From NCBI GenBank assembly GCA_030648205.1, contig JAUSIH010000037.1:3744-67743 (forward strand): 64,000 nt of DNA. The letters are read 5' to 3'. Source of the DNA: Dehalococcoidia bacterium (GTDB lineage: Bacteria; Chloroflexota; Dehalococcoidia; JAUSIH01). The position numbers and the translations under genes were made by a program. Below are positions 31,339 through 39,954 of this stretch, piece by piece (positions within the stretch are counted from its first letter, which is position 1; each line of letters opens with the position of its first letter). The notes under the pieces are model-generated. The model made no database searches. It was not told where the DNA came from and saw nothing but the letters and a program-made list of their open reading frames with translations.

Positions 31339-31617
31339 GCCATTTTGCGACAACGGATTAGAGCAATACAACAATTACTTGGCACACAACTGACACGATC
31401 GTCACCGTCTAGGTGAAGAAGCCGCTGGACAAGGTGATTCCCGTGCGCCTGTCCGCGGACGTGTGGGAGGCCCTGCGCAAGGAGGCGCGTGAGCTTGGCG
31501 TCGGGCCGACGACGGCTGTGCTCGGAATGACAGGAAACGTCGGTCCGCTCATGGATTCGACAGGCTCACCACGAGCGGGCTATTATTTGGCCTGACGCTT
31601 AATTGAGAGGCCGTCCC

Positions 31618-32817
31618 ATGACCATTGCGTACTTTGACCTGATAGGCGGCGCGAGCGGCGATATGACGCTCGGCGCGCTGGCGGACGCCGGGCTGGACAT
31701 GGCGGCGCTGGAGTCGGCGCTTCGCACTCTGCCCGTGCGCGGCTACCGCCTGGAGGCGGAGCGCGTGCGGCGCGGCGCTCTCTCCGCCACGCGCGTCCGC
31801 GTCCGCATCACACGCCGCTCCAAGCAGCCGCGCACCCTCGCCGACCTGCTCGCCATCGTCCGCGCGGGCAAGCTGCCGACGCGCGTCCGCGAGCAGGCGG
31901 CGGCCATCTTCCGTCGCCTGGCGGAGGTCGAGGCCAAAGTCCACGACGTGCCCGTCGAGCAGGTCCACTTCCACGAGCTGGGCGCGGTGGACACCGTCGT
32001 GGACGTGGTCGGCGCGTGCCTGGGCCTGCACCTGCTGGGCGTGGACCAGGTGTACGCCTCGCCGCTGCCGCTCGGCCACGGCCTCATCCGCTCTGACGAC
32101 GGCCCGCTGCCTCTGCCCGCGCCTGCCACGCTGGAGCTGGCCGCGCGCGCGAAGGCCCCCCTTCGGCCCGACGACGGCACGATGGGCGAGACGGTCACGC
32201 CCACGGGCGCGGCCATCCTGACCACCCTCGCTGAGTTCCGGCGGCCCGCCATGCGGCTGGAGCGCGTCGGCTACGGCGCGGGCGGGCGCGACACGCCTGA
32301 GCGTCCCAACGTGCTCGCCGTGTGGCTCGGCCAGCCTGTCGAGAGCGCAGGGGAGACGCCGCTGGCGCTGCTGGAGACGAACATTGACGACATGGACCCG
32401 CGCATCTACGGCCACCTGATGGAGCGGCTGCTGGAGGCGGGCGCGCGCGACGCGTGGTACACGCCCATCCAGATGAAGAAGGGGCGGCCCGCGACGATGG
32501 TGAGCGTGCTCGCGACGCCCGACCTCGAAGGCGCGCTCGTCGGTCTGCTGCTGCGCGAGACGACGACGCTGGGCGTGCGCGTGCGCGACGTGCGCCGCCA
32601 CGAGGCGCAGCGCGAGAGCGTCACGCTCAAGACGAGCCTCGGCGAGGTGCCGGTCAAGGTGAAGCGCATCGAGGGCAAGGCGGTGGGCGCGACGCCGGAG
32701 TATGATGTGTGCCGGCGCATCGCGCGGGAGAAGGGGATGCCGCTCGTGGATGTGCTGCGGCGCGTGCAGCGGGAGGCGGAGGCGAAGCTGCTCAAGGGCG
32801 GCGACAAAAGGGCATAG
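31618..32817 (+). CDS. larC: nickel insertion protein LarC (pyridinium-3,5-bisthiocarboxylic acid mononucleotide nickel chelatase) family
   Basis: 'MTIAYFDLIGGASGDMTLGALADAG' matches the LarC/DUF111 N-terminus. About 400 aa. Confidence 0.8.
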   Translation: MTIAYFDLIGGASGDMTLGALADAGLDMAALESALRTLPVRGYRLEAERVRRGALSATRVRVRITRRSKQPRTLADLLAIVRAGKLPTRVREQAAAIFRRLAEVEAKVHDVPVEQVHFHELGAVDTVVDVVGACLGLHLLGVDQVYASPLPLGHGLIRSDDGPLPLPAPATLELAARAKAPLRPDDGTMGETVTPTGAAILTTLAEFRRPAMRLERVGYGAGGRDTPERPNVLAVWLGQPVESAGETPLALLETNIDDMDPRIYGHLMERLLEAGARDAWYTPIQMKKGRPATMVSVLATPDLEGALVGLLLRETTTLGVRVRDVRRHEAQRESVTLKTSLGEVPVKVKRIEGKAVGATPEYDVCRRIAREKGMPLVDVLRRVQREAEAKLLKGGDKRA

Positions 32818-32839
32818 GTGTGTCCTGTCTCTGAAGTAC

Positions 32840-33060
32840 GCATACTAATTCATGCATGAGAAGTTGTTCGAGGAAACGCCCTTGGGCACTTGCCGTCTTT
32901 CCGGCGAAAGCCGGAATCCAGCGTTCCCTTGTGCTTCTCTGGATACCGGCTTCCGCCGGTATGACATGGAATAGGGAACGTATTTCGGGGACAGGACAGT
33001 AGATTCATTTCCCTATCTCCCTCTCCCTGTCAGGGAGAGGGAGACGCAGAGGGTGAGGGT
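32840..33060. repeat. MITE-like repeat (inverted copy of the 12826-12970 module plus hairpin 'tccctctccctgtcagggagagggag')
   Basis: 'ggcgaaagccggaatccagcgttcccttgtgcttctctggataccggcttccgccggtatgac' is the reverse complement of 12860-12930. Confidence 0.7.
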
Positions 33061-33108
33061 GGTATCCTGAACACGCTGCCCGGCGCAACGGGCTGAACGG
33101 AGAAAGAG

Positions 33109-34254
33109 ATGTCGAAGACGGCGCTGGTCATCGGCGGCACCGGCCCCACGGGGCCGTTCGTTGTGAACGGACTGATGGACCGCGGCTACACGGTCACGAT
33201 CTTCCACGGCGGCTTCCACGAGGTCGAGTTCAAGAGGCCGGTCGAGCACATCCACAACGACCCGCACTTCAAGGAGACGTTCGAGGCGGCGCTCGGCACG
33301 CGCACGTGGGACATCGTCATCTTCGCCTACGGGCGGCTGCGGCTGGCCGTTGACGTGCTCAAGGGGCATACGGGCCGGCTCATCGCGCTGGGCGGCGCGA
33401 CCGGCACCGCGGCGCAGCCGGACGACCCGCGCTGGGGGCCGTTCGGCATGCCCGCCTACGTGTCGGAGGACAACACCATCATCGAGGACAATCCGAACCG
33501 CAACAAGTTCGGCTATCAGATGGCGGAGGCGCAGGCGGCGCTGCTCCAGGCGCACAAGGAGGGCCACTACAACGCGACGTACATGGGCTTCCCCATCGTC
33601 TACGGCCCGCGGCAGCCCGGCCCGCACGAGTGGTCCATCATCCGCCGCGTGCTCGACAAGCGCCCGCACTTCATCATCGCGGACGGCGGCATCAAGCTGG
33701 AGAGCCGCGCCTACGTGGAGAACGCGGCGCACGCGCTGTTGCTGGCCGTGGACAAGCCGGACATCTCGGCGGGCAAGAAGTACGGGATGGCGGACGACAA
33801 TATCTTCACCATGCGCCAGCGCATCGAGGCCATCGCGAACTACATGGGCCACAAGTTCGAGTTCGTGGACATGCCCTTCGACCTGGCGGTCCCGTGTCAC
33901 GTGCTCTGGCGCAACGCGCGCGGGCACCGCATCCGCAACCTGCAGAAGATACGGGCTGACCTGGGGTACAGGGACGTCGTCGCCGCCGACGAGGCGATGC
34001 GCCGCACCGTGGACTGGCTGGTGAAGAACCGTCCGGAGCCGGGCGGCGAGGCGGAAATACAGCTCGGCGACCCCTTCGACTACGCGAAGGAGGACCAGCT
34101 CATTCGGGCGTGGAAGGACTGGCGGAACATGTTCCCGCGGGTGGACTACCCGGTGCTGCCGCCGGCGCACATGTACCGCCACCCGAAGAAGCCGAACGAG
34201 CCGTGGACGCGGCCCGACCACTGGGCCACCGGCAGAGGCGAGAAGCCGAAGTAG
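33109..34254 (+). CDS. atypical NAD(P)-binding (epimerase/NmrA-like) protein, paralog of 5543..6673
   Basis: 'MSKTALVIGGTGPTGPFVVNGLMDRGYTVTIFHGGFHEVEF'. SD 'ggagaaagag' precedes the ATG. Confidence 0.65.
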   Translation: MSKTALVIGGTGPTGPFVVNGLMDRGYTVTIFHGGFHEVEFKRPVEHIHNDPHFKETFEAALGTRTWDIVIFAYGRLRLAVDVLKGHTGRLIALGGATGTAAQPDDPRWGPFGMPAYVSEDNTIIEDNPNRNKFGYQMAEAQAALLQAHKEGHYNATYMGFPIVYGPRQPGPHEWSIIRRVLDKRPHFIIADGGIKLESRAYVENAAHALLLAVDKPDISAGKKYGMADDNIFTMRQRIEAIANYMGHKFEFVDMPFDLAVPCHVLWRNARGHRIRNLQKIRADLGYRDVVAADEAMRRTVDWLVKNRPEPGGEAEIQLGDPFDYAKEDQLIRAWKDWRNMFPRVDYPVLPPAHMYRHPKKPNEPWTRPDHWATGRGEKPK

Positions 34255-34284
34255 AAGCAGAAAAGCCTATGACCTAGATACTCT

Positions 34285-34329
34285 GAATGGAGCGGACCCT
34301 CGAACAGCAGGTTTCGCTCCATTCTTTTG
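34285..34329. terminator. intrinsic terminator hairpin 'gaatggagcg...cgctccattc' + TTTT
   Basis: A 10-bp perfect stem followed by 'ttttgc', between convergent genes. Confidence 0.55.
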
Positions 34330-34340
34330 CTCAAACACAC

Positions 34341-35117
34341 TCAACCAGCGGATTCTATACTTAGGGGCATCAGATGGCTCGGGTCCGTATCAAACCTAAT
34401 CCTCACACGCGTCGCTCTGAATTCAGCAGTGAATGAGCCAACCTCAATTACCGCTTCAAAAGTGCCGACTCGAACCCTTGGATAAGCTAGGCCAGTTTCA
34501 GTTGGCGTAAGCCAGTTAGTAGGATGTGGAACGTCTGCAGCTACATACAGATACTCACACCCGTTATTCCCTGAAATAGTTGTATCTATGGGGCTACGAT
34601 CGGTCCATGACCACGGGTATCGATGACCCTCCGGTGGAAAGGCGCCAGTTGGCAACTCCGGGTCTTGTGGCCCCACCGGTAGTAACCCTTGTGGAGTGTC
34701 TATCAACATTGTGATGCTGATCAGTGTTCCATAACAATCGGCGATAGGTAGAGCGCTTGGGTTTTCGACCTTCAAGCGCAGAAAGTGAACCCTATTTGGG
34801 TCTACGTAAGGTTCTGCCCAAGAGATTGTCAAGCGTTTTTGTGTTAGTAGCGTTACGCGAGAATGCTCATTTTGCCATCGTATTGCGGGCGCGATTACAA
34901 ACGCAATGATTGCCACAGGCAATACCAAGCCAAATAACATGGTGTTGCCTTCAAGTATCCCCTTCACACCATAAGCACCGACCAATCCTAGCGCCCACGC
35001 CAAAACGGTCAGCCAGTTGCTCAGAAGTGACTCGCTCTTTTCCCACCGCCAAAAAGACCACTTGAGGCAGTCCGCCCAGAAGACAAGGATTTGTTTTGCA
35101 AAAAGCAATATCCGCAC
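34341..35117 (-). CDS. hypothetical membrane protein in a low-GC patch
   Basis: 258 aa with two N-terminal TM helices. Local GC is ~50%. Confidence 0.45.
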   Translation of the reverse strand: MRILLFAKQILVFWADCLKWSFWRWEKSESLLSNWLTVLAWALGLVGAYGVKGILEGNTMLFGLVLPVAIIAFVIAPAIRWQNEHSRVTLLTQKRLTISWAEPYVDPNRVHFLRLKVENPSALPIADCYGTLISITMLIDTPQGLLPVGPQDPELPTGAFPPEGHRYPWSWTDRSPIDTTISGNNGCEYLYVAADVPHPTNWLTPTETGLAYPRVRVGTFEAVIEVGSFTAEFRATRVRIRFDTDPSHLMPLSIESAG

Positions 35118-35333
35118 GCCGCCATACTAACACATTTGTGTTCCAGGTATGGTACATAACGCGTGTCGTTCGCCCTTCTTACCCCGACCCTTCCCGAGCT
35201 GGCCGCGCGCCCGCGCCATCGGAATGAGCGATAGTCTCACGACAGCCCGTCCATCGCCTCATTGCGCTTCGGATAGCCAGCCGCTACCATAGAGCGGTTG
35301 GCTATTTTGTTTGACGACCGAGGCGCACGGGAC

Positions 35334-35831
35334 ATGGACGACCTGACACACGTCATCATCTACACGGACGGCGCCTGCCTGGGCAACCCGGGCCCGGGCG
35401 GCTACGGCGCGCTGCTCATCAACGGGGACAGGCGGCAGCACATATCGGGTGGGTACCGCCTCACCACGAACAATCGCATGGAGATCATGGCCGCCATCGT
35501 CGCGCTGGACGCGCTGCGCTCCCGCTGCCGCGTGACGCTCTACAGCGACTCGCAGTACGTCGTCAACGCCATGTCCAAAGGCTGGGCGCGGAAGTGGCGC
35601 TTAAACGGCTGGATGCGGAACAAGGACGAAAGGGCCATCAATCCTGACCTGTGGGAGCGCCTGCTCCAGCAGTGCGAGCGGCATGACGTCGAGTTCAAGT
35701 GGGTCAGGGGCCACGCGGGCATTGACGGCAACGAGCGCGCCGACCGGCTTTCCATGCAAGGGGCGCAAAAGCCCGGCCTGCCGCCGGACATCGAGTACGA
35801 AAAGACCGCCGGAGGCCCTGCGCGCAGATAG
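35334..35831 (+). CDS. rnhA: ribonuclease HI
   Basis: 'VIIYTDGACLGNPGPGGYGALL...NNRMEI...YSDSQYVVNA...WVRGHAGIDGNERADRL' are the RNase H catalytic motifs (DEDD). Confidence 0.85.
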   Translation: MDDLTHVIIYTDGACLGNPGPGGYGALLINGDRRQHISGGYRLTTNNRMEIMAAIVALDALRSRCRVTLYSDSQYVVNAMSKGWARKWRLNGWMRNKDERAINPDLWERLLQQCERHDVEFKWVRGHAGIDGNERADRLSMQGAQKPGLPPDIEYEKTAGGPARR

Positions 35832-36185
35832 CCCCTTTGAAAAAGCGGCGTCATTGCGAGTCCCGATGCAATCGGGACGTGGCAATCTGGAAGTGGGGGT
35901 GCGTCCCGTCCCCGCCGCATTGCCGTGAGAATGGCCTCTTCGTCATTCCCGCGTTCGCGGGAATCAAGGAAAGCCACGGGCATGGATTCCGGATCAAGTC
36001 CGGAATGACGGGTTGGTGGCCATGTTTTCATCTCCCGTGGCACCCCAATAGGGCATGGCTGATTGCCGCGCTGCGCTCGCAATCAGCGAACCGGGGGCGC
36101 CGCGTCTCCGCCAGATTGCTTCGCTCCGCTCGCAATGACGGACGGGGGGCGCTGCGTCCGCGGATGAGTGCACGGCTGTGTAGTA
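35832..36185. repeat. MITE-like repeat cluster (two 'gtcattgcgag/ctcgcaatgac' hairpin modules plus the 'ggattccggatcaagtccggaatgacgg' module)
   Basis: It begins right after the rnhA stop. Modules are shared with 2556-2668, 12900-12935 and 37588-37700. Confidence 0.7.
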
Positions 36186-36195
36186 CAATACGTTC

Positions 36196-37305
36196 ATGCC
36201 TTCATCATCTCTCCCTTCTACATTCTTTGACCTAACGCTGGACGAGCTGACCGAGCGGCTGCGCGGCATGGGCGAAAAGACCTTCCGCGCAAAGCAGCTC
36301 TACCACTGGGTCTATCGTCGCTTCGCCGCGTCCTACGACGAGATGACCGATCTGCCCGCGCCGCTGCGCCAGCGCTTCGTGGAGGAACTGCCGCTGCGCA
36401 GCCTCAAGCGCGTCGTGGTGCAGGAGTCGAAGGACGGCACGACGCGCAAGGCGCTCTTCCGCCTCCGCGACGGCCACACCATCGAGACGGTGCTGATGCT
36501 CTACCTGCCCAAGAAGGGCGGCGCGTGGCGGCGCACGGTCTGCGTCTCCACGCAGGTGGGCTGCGCGCTTGCGTGCTCCTTCTGCGCCACCGGCCAGATG
36601 GGCCTTGCGCGCGACCTCTCCGCCGGCGAAATCGTGGAGCAGGTCATCGCGTTCGCGCGGGAGCTGCGCCAGGAGGGTCTGGCGAAGGAGGAGCAGCCCG
36701 TCACGAATGTCGTCTTCATGGGCATGGGCGAGCCGTTCGCCAACCTGGACGGGACGTGGAAGTCCGTCCACATCCTCAACGACAAGGACGGCTACGCCCT
36801 GGGCGCGCGGCACATCACCATCTCGACGGTCGGCATCGTGCCCGGCATCCAGCGTCTCATCAAGGAGAAGGTGCAGGTCAACCTCGCCGTCTCCCTGCAC
36901 GCGCCGAACGACGAGATCCGCTCGCGCATCATGCCCATCAACAAGCGCTACCCCGTTGACGAACTGCTGAAAGCCTGCCGCGAGTACGTGGACGCCACCC
37001 ACCGTCGCGTCTTCTTCGAGTACCTCATGATCCGCGACCTGAACGACGGCATAGAGCACGCCCATGAGCTGGGGCGCAAGCTGTACGGCATGACCTGCCA
37101 CGTGAACATGCTGCCCATGAACCCCGTCCCCGGCTCTGACATGCGCGGCTCGCCTCCGGCTCGCGTCAATGCCTTCGGGGAAGAGCTCCGCAAGTGGGGC
37201 ATCCGCTCAACCGTCCGCTTTGAGAAGGGCGTGGACATCCAGGCGGGCTGCGGCCAGCTCAAGACCGCGGTGGAGAGAGGCCGCGAGAAGGCGGGCGCGC
37301 GCTAG
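36196..37305 (+). CDS. rlmN: 23S rRNA (adenine2503-C2)-methyltransferase, radical SAM
   Basis: 'FRAKQLYHWVYRR' and radical-SAM 'CVSTQVGCALACSFCATGQMG'. 369 aa. Confidence 0.9.
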   Translation: MPSSSLPSTFFDLTLDELTERLRGMGEKTFRAKQLYHWVYRRFAASYDEMTDLPAPLRQRFVEELPLRSLKRVVVQESKDGTTRKALFRLRDGHTIETVLMLYLPKKGGAWRRTVCVSTQVGCALACSFCATGQMGLARDLSAGEIVEQVIAFARELRQEGLAKEEQPVTNVVFMGMGEPFANLDGTWKSVHILNDKDGYALGARHITISTVGIVPGIQRLIKEKVQVNLAVSLHAPNDEIRSRIMPINKRYPVDELLKACREYVDATHRRVFFEYLMIRDLNDGIEHAHELGRKLYGMTCHVNMLPMNPVPGSDMRGSPPARVNAFGEELRKWGIRSTVRFEKGVDIQAGCGQLKTAVERGREKAGAR

Positions 37306-37727
37306 TGTAGTGCTTTCGCAATCTCGTTACCTGCGAGACTCTGCAACGTTGATCGCCTTTGCATGGTTCCTGGTCTTTGACCCAGGGAACCATCCCCTTC
37401 AGTTCCCCTTTCCTTCTCCGAGGAAGGGGAATGAGGGATACTGGGGGTGACCCCCAGTGCCCCCGTCAAAGGGGGCTCTGCCCCCTCTGGCTCCCTCGTG
37501 CCGGAGATTCCAGACGCACCCCTTCCGTAACGAAGCGTTGGAAGCACTACACTAGTGTCCTGTCCCTGAAATACGCGTACGAAATTGTCATTGCGAGGAG
37601 TCCTTCCGCGGAAGGACAACGAAGCTATCGGGAAGAGGGATGGACCCGGCCGCCAGATTGCCACGGCCCTCCTTCGTCTGGCCTCGCAATGACATTGTGA
37701 CAAACTTCGGGGACACCACACTAGGAA
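37303..37727. repeat. MITE-like composite element bounded by 'ctagtgtagtg' (37304) and 'caccacactag' (37717)
   Basis: It contains the 'ctggggg...ccctctgg' module, a second internal TIR pair ('cactacactagtgtcc' at 37545) and the 'gtcattgcgag...cgcaatgac' hairpin. Confidence 0.75.
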
Positions 37728-37770
37728 GAAACCTCACCAGCGGGGCCGACCGGGATTCTCGTCGTTTCGC

Positions 37771-37799
37771 TTGACATCGTCTTGGCTTGCTCCTATACT
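37771..37799 (+). promoter_or_regulatory. consensus sigma70 promoter TTGACA-17-TATACT for the tRNA-tuf operon
   Basis: -35 at 37771-76, a 17-nt spacer, -10 at 37794-99. It sits 32 nt upstream of the first tRNA. Confidence 0.6.
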
Positions 37800-37830
37800 T
37801 GTTATTTGTGTAAATCGCCGCACATGAAAG

Positions 37831-37903
37831 CGCGTCCTTGCCCGAGTGGCGCAATGGCAGCGCAGCCGATTTGTAATCGGCAGGTTAGCGGGTTCGAATC
37901 CCC
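37831..37903 (+). tRNA. tRNA-Thr (anticodon TGT)
   Basis: Acceptor 'gcccgag/ctcgggc', anticodon arm 'gccga-ttTGTaa-tcggc' and T-loop 'ttcgaat'. One C-C mismatch in my T-stem fold. CCA is not encoded. Confidence 0.6.
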
Positions 37904-37997
37904 TCTCGGGCTTTTCTCACTATCGGGAGGGGGTCTGAGCAAAGCTGTGCGCCCGCTGGCAGAGACGCAAATCGTGTGGTAAACTAGACCCTCATAC

Positions 37998-38085
37998 GGA
38001 GGGGTGGGTGAGTGGTTAATACCAGCAGGCTGTAAACCTGCCGCCCTGACGGGCTGCGTAGGTTCGAATCCTACCCCCTCCACCA
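37998..38085 (+). tRNA. tRNA-Tyr (anticodon GTA), type II with long variable arm, CCA encoded
   Basis: Acceptor 'ggagggg/cccctcc', anticodon loop 'ctGTAaa', variable arm 'gccgccctgacgggctgc' and T arm 'gtagg-ttcgaat-cctac'. Confidence 0.85.
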
Positions 38086-38124
38086 TAGAAGAAGCGGAAG
38101 AGGTAATCCCAGGCACAGAGTCGG

Positions 38125-38200
38125 GCCCTCATAGCTCAGCCGGTAGAGCACGGTCTTGGTAAGACCGGGGTCACCAGTTCGAATCTGGTTGAGGGCTCCA
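38125..38200 (+). tRNA. tRNA-Thr (anticodon GGT), CCA encoded
   Basis: Acceptor 'gccctca/tgagggc', D arm 'gctc-agccggta-gagc', anticodon arm 'cggtc-ttGGTaa-gaccg' and T arm 'accag-ttcgaat-ctggt'. Confidence 0.85.
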
Positions 38201-38223
38201 TTTAGGCAGGAGGAAGTTGTAGC

Positions 38224-39447
38224 ATGGCAAAGCAGAAGTTCGAAAGGACCAAACCGCACGTCAACATCGGCACCATCGGTCACATTGACCATGGCAAGAC
38301 AACGCTGACGGCGGCCATCACCAAGGTCCTGTCGACCAAGGGCCTGGCGAAGGAGCGCGCCTACGCGGACATTGCCAAGGGCGGTGTCGTCCGGGCCGCG
38401 GGCAAGATCCTGACGGTCGCCATCTCGCACACGGAGTACGAGACGGAAAAGCGTCACTACGCGCACGTGGACTGCCCCGGCCATGCTGACTACATTAAGA
38501 ATATGCTCACCGGCGCCGCGCAGATGGACGGCGGCATCCTCGTCGTGAGCGCGCCCGACGGCCCCATGCCGCAGACGCGCGAGCACGTGCTTCTCGCTCG
38601 TCAGGTGCAGGTGCCGTACATTGTCGTGGCCCTGAACAAGATGGACCTGGCCGAGGACCAGGAGCTTGTGGACCTGGTGGAACTTGAGGTCCGCGACCTA
38701 CTGAAGAAGTACAACTTCCCGGGTGACGATCTCCCCGTCGTCCGCGTGAGCGCGCTGAAGGTACTGGAGTGCGGCTGCGGCAAGCGCGAGTGCCAGTGGT
38801 GCGGCGCCATCTGGAAGCTCATGGACGCCGTGGACGCGAATATCCCGGTCCCGATGCGCCCCACGGACAAGCCCTTCCTGATGCCCGTTGAGGACGTCTT
38901 CGGCATCAAGGGACGCGGCACCGTGGTCACCGGTCGCGTGGAACGCGGCACCGTGAAGGTGGGCGACGAAATCGAGATTGTCGGCTTCGAGGACGCCGGG
39001 GGCGCCGCCAAGAACCGCAAGGTGATCGTGACGGGTGTGGAGATGTTCCACAAGACGCTGGACAGCGCCGAGCCCGGCGACGCCGTGGGCCTGCTCCTGC
39101 GCGGCATTGAGCGCGAGGAGATATGGCGCGGCATGGTGTTGGCCAAGCCCGGCTCCATCAAGCCGCACACCAAGGCGGAGAGTGAGGTTTACGTGCTGAC
39201 CAAGGAGGAGGGAGGCCGTCATACTCCCTTCTTCACCGGCTACAAGCCGCAGCTCTACATCCGGACCACCGACGTGACCGGGGACATCGCCCTGCCCGAG
39301 GGAGTGGAGATGTGCATGCCCGGTGACAACATCCGCATGACCATCAGGCTCATCTCGCCCGTGGCCATGGAGGCCGGACTGCGCTTCGCCATCCGCGAGG
39401 GCGGCCGGACGGTGGGCTCGGGCGTAGTCACCAAGATCACGGAATAG
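38224..39447 (+). CDS. tuf: translation elongation factor Tu
   Basis: '[32 protein letters not shown]', 'DCPGHADY', 'NKMD'. 407 aa. Contains an atypical Cys4 insertion '[11 protein letters not shown]' in domain I. Confidence 0.95.
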   Translation: MAKQKFERTKPHVNIGTIGHIDHGKTTLTAAITKVLSTKGLAKERAYADIAKGGVVRAAGKILTVAISHTEYETEKRHYAHVDCPGHADYIKNMLTGAAQMDGGILVVSAPDGPMPQTREHVLLARQVQVPYIVVALNKMDLAEDQELVDLVELEVRDLLKKYNFPGDDLPVVRVSALKVLECGCGKRECQWCGAIWKLMDAVDANIPVPMRPTDKPFLMPVEDVFGIKGRGTVVTGRVERGTVKVGDEIEIVGFEDAGGAAKNRKVIVTGVEMFHKTLDSAEPGDAVGLLLRGIEREEIWRGMVLAKPGSIKPHTKAESEVYVLTKEEGGRHTPFFTGYKPQLYIRTTDVTGDIALPEGVEMCMPGDNIRMTIRLISPVAMEAGLRFAIREGGRTVGSGVVTKITE

Positions 39448-39473
39448 GAGACGGCGCGAAGCCGCAATAGCGT

Positions 39474-39638
39474 ATGGCCAAAAAAGGCGACCGCATCACC
39501 ATAGACATGGCGTGCAACGACTGTAAGGAGCGCAATTACAGCACGTCCAAGAACAAGCGCAACGATACCGGCCGCCTGGAGCGGAACAAGTTCTGCTCCA
39601 GGTGTGGTGGGTATCGTCCTCACAAGGAGGTCCGCTAA
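39474..39638 (+). CDS. rpmG: 50S ribosomal protein L33
   Basis: Hand translation gives '[54 protein letters not shown]' (54 aa, CxxC...CxxC zinc ribbon). It is below the 60-aa cutoff, so absent from the ORF track. Confidence 0.85.
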   Translation: MAKKGDRITIDMACNDCKERNYSTSKNKRNDTGRLERNKFCSRCGGYRPHKEVR

Positions 39639-39906
39639 CCTGGAAGCCGCGGCAAGGGACAAAGAGGCGAAGCTGGCCAAGAAGCCGGCGGTGGGTGGAG
39701 AGCGCCCCAAGCTCAACCTGCCCGGCGTGCGCTTCTTCCAGGATATCATCGCCGAGCTGAAGCGAGTGGTCTGGCCCACCCGGCAGGATGCGATGCGCAT
39801 GAGCATGATGGTCATCATCGTCTCCGTGGCGGTGGGCCTGGCCCTGGGCGTCGTTGACTACATCTTCACAGTTGTGGTAGACCGGATACTGATTGGCGGC
39901 GCGTAG
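39604..39906 (+). CDS. secE: preprotein translocase subunit SecE (start uncertain)
   Basis: '[22 protein letters not shown]' plus a single C-terminal TM. The GTG at 39604 overlaps rpmG. The SD 'aaggagg' at 39624-30 suggests the real start may be near 39640, but no canonical codon is there. Confidence 0.7.
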   Translation: MVGIVLTRRSANLEAAARDKEAKLAKKPAVGGERPKLNLPGVRFFQDIIAELKRVVWPTRQDAMRMSMMVIIVSVAVGLALGVVDYIFTVVVDRILIGGA

Positions 39907-39954
39907 GCGGGGCCGGCGGAAACAGCCTCGGCCACGCAGCGGGTTAAGGCATCC

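Noticed and set aside
31413-31595. 60-aa ORF 'MKKPLDKVIPVRLSADVWEALRKEARELG...' as a functional antitoxin/RHH gene
   Set aside because: It is too short and ends in a non-conserved tail immediately before larC, so it looks like a gene remnant at the island boundary. It is noted in the island finding but not called as a CDS.
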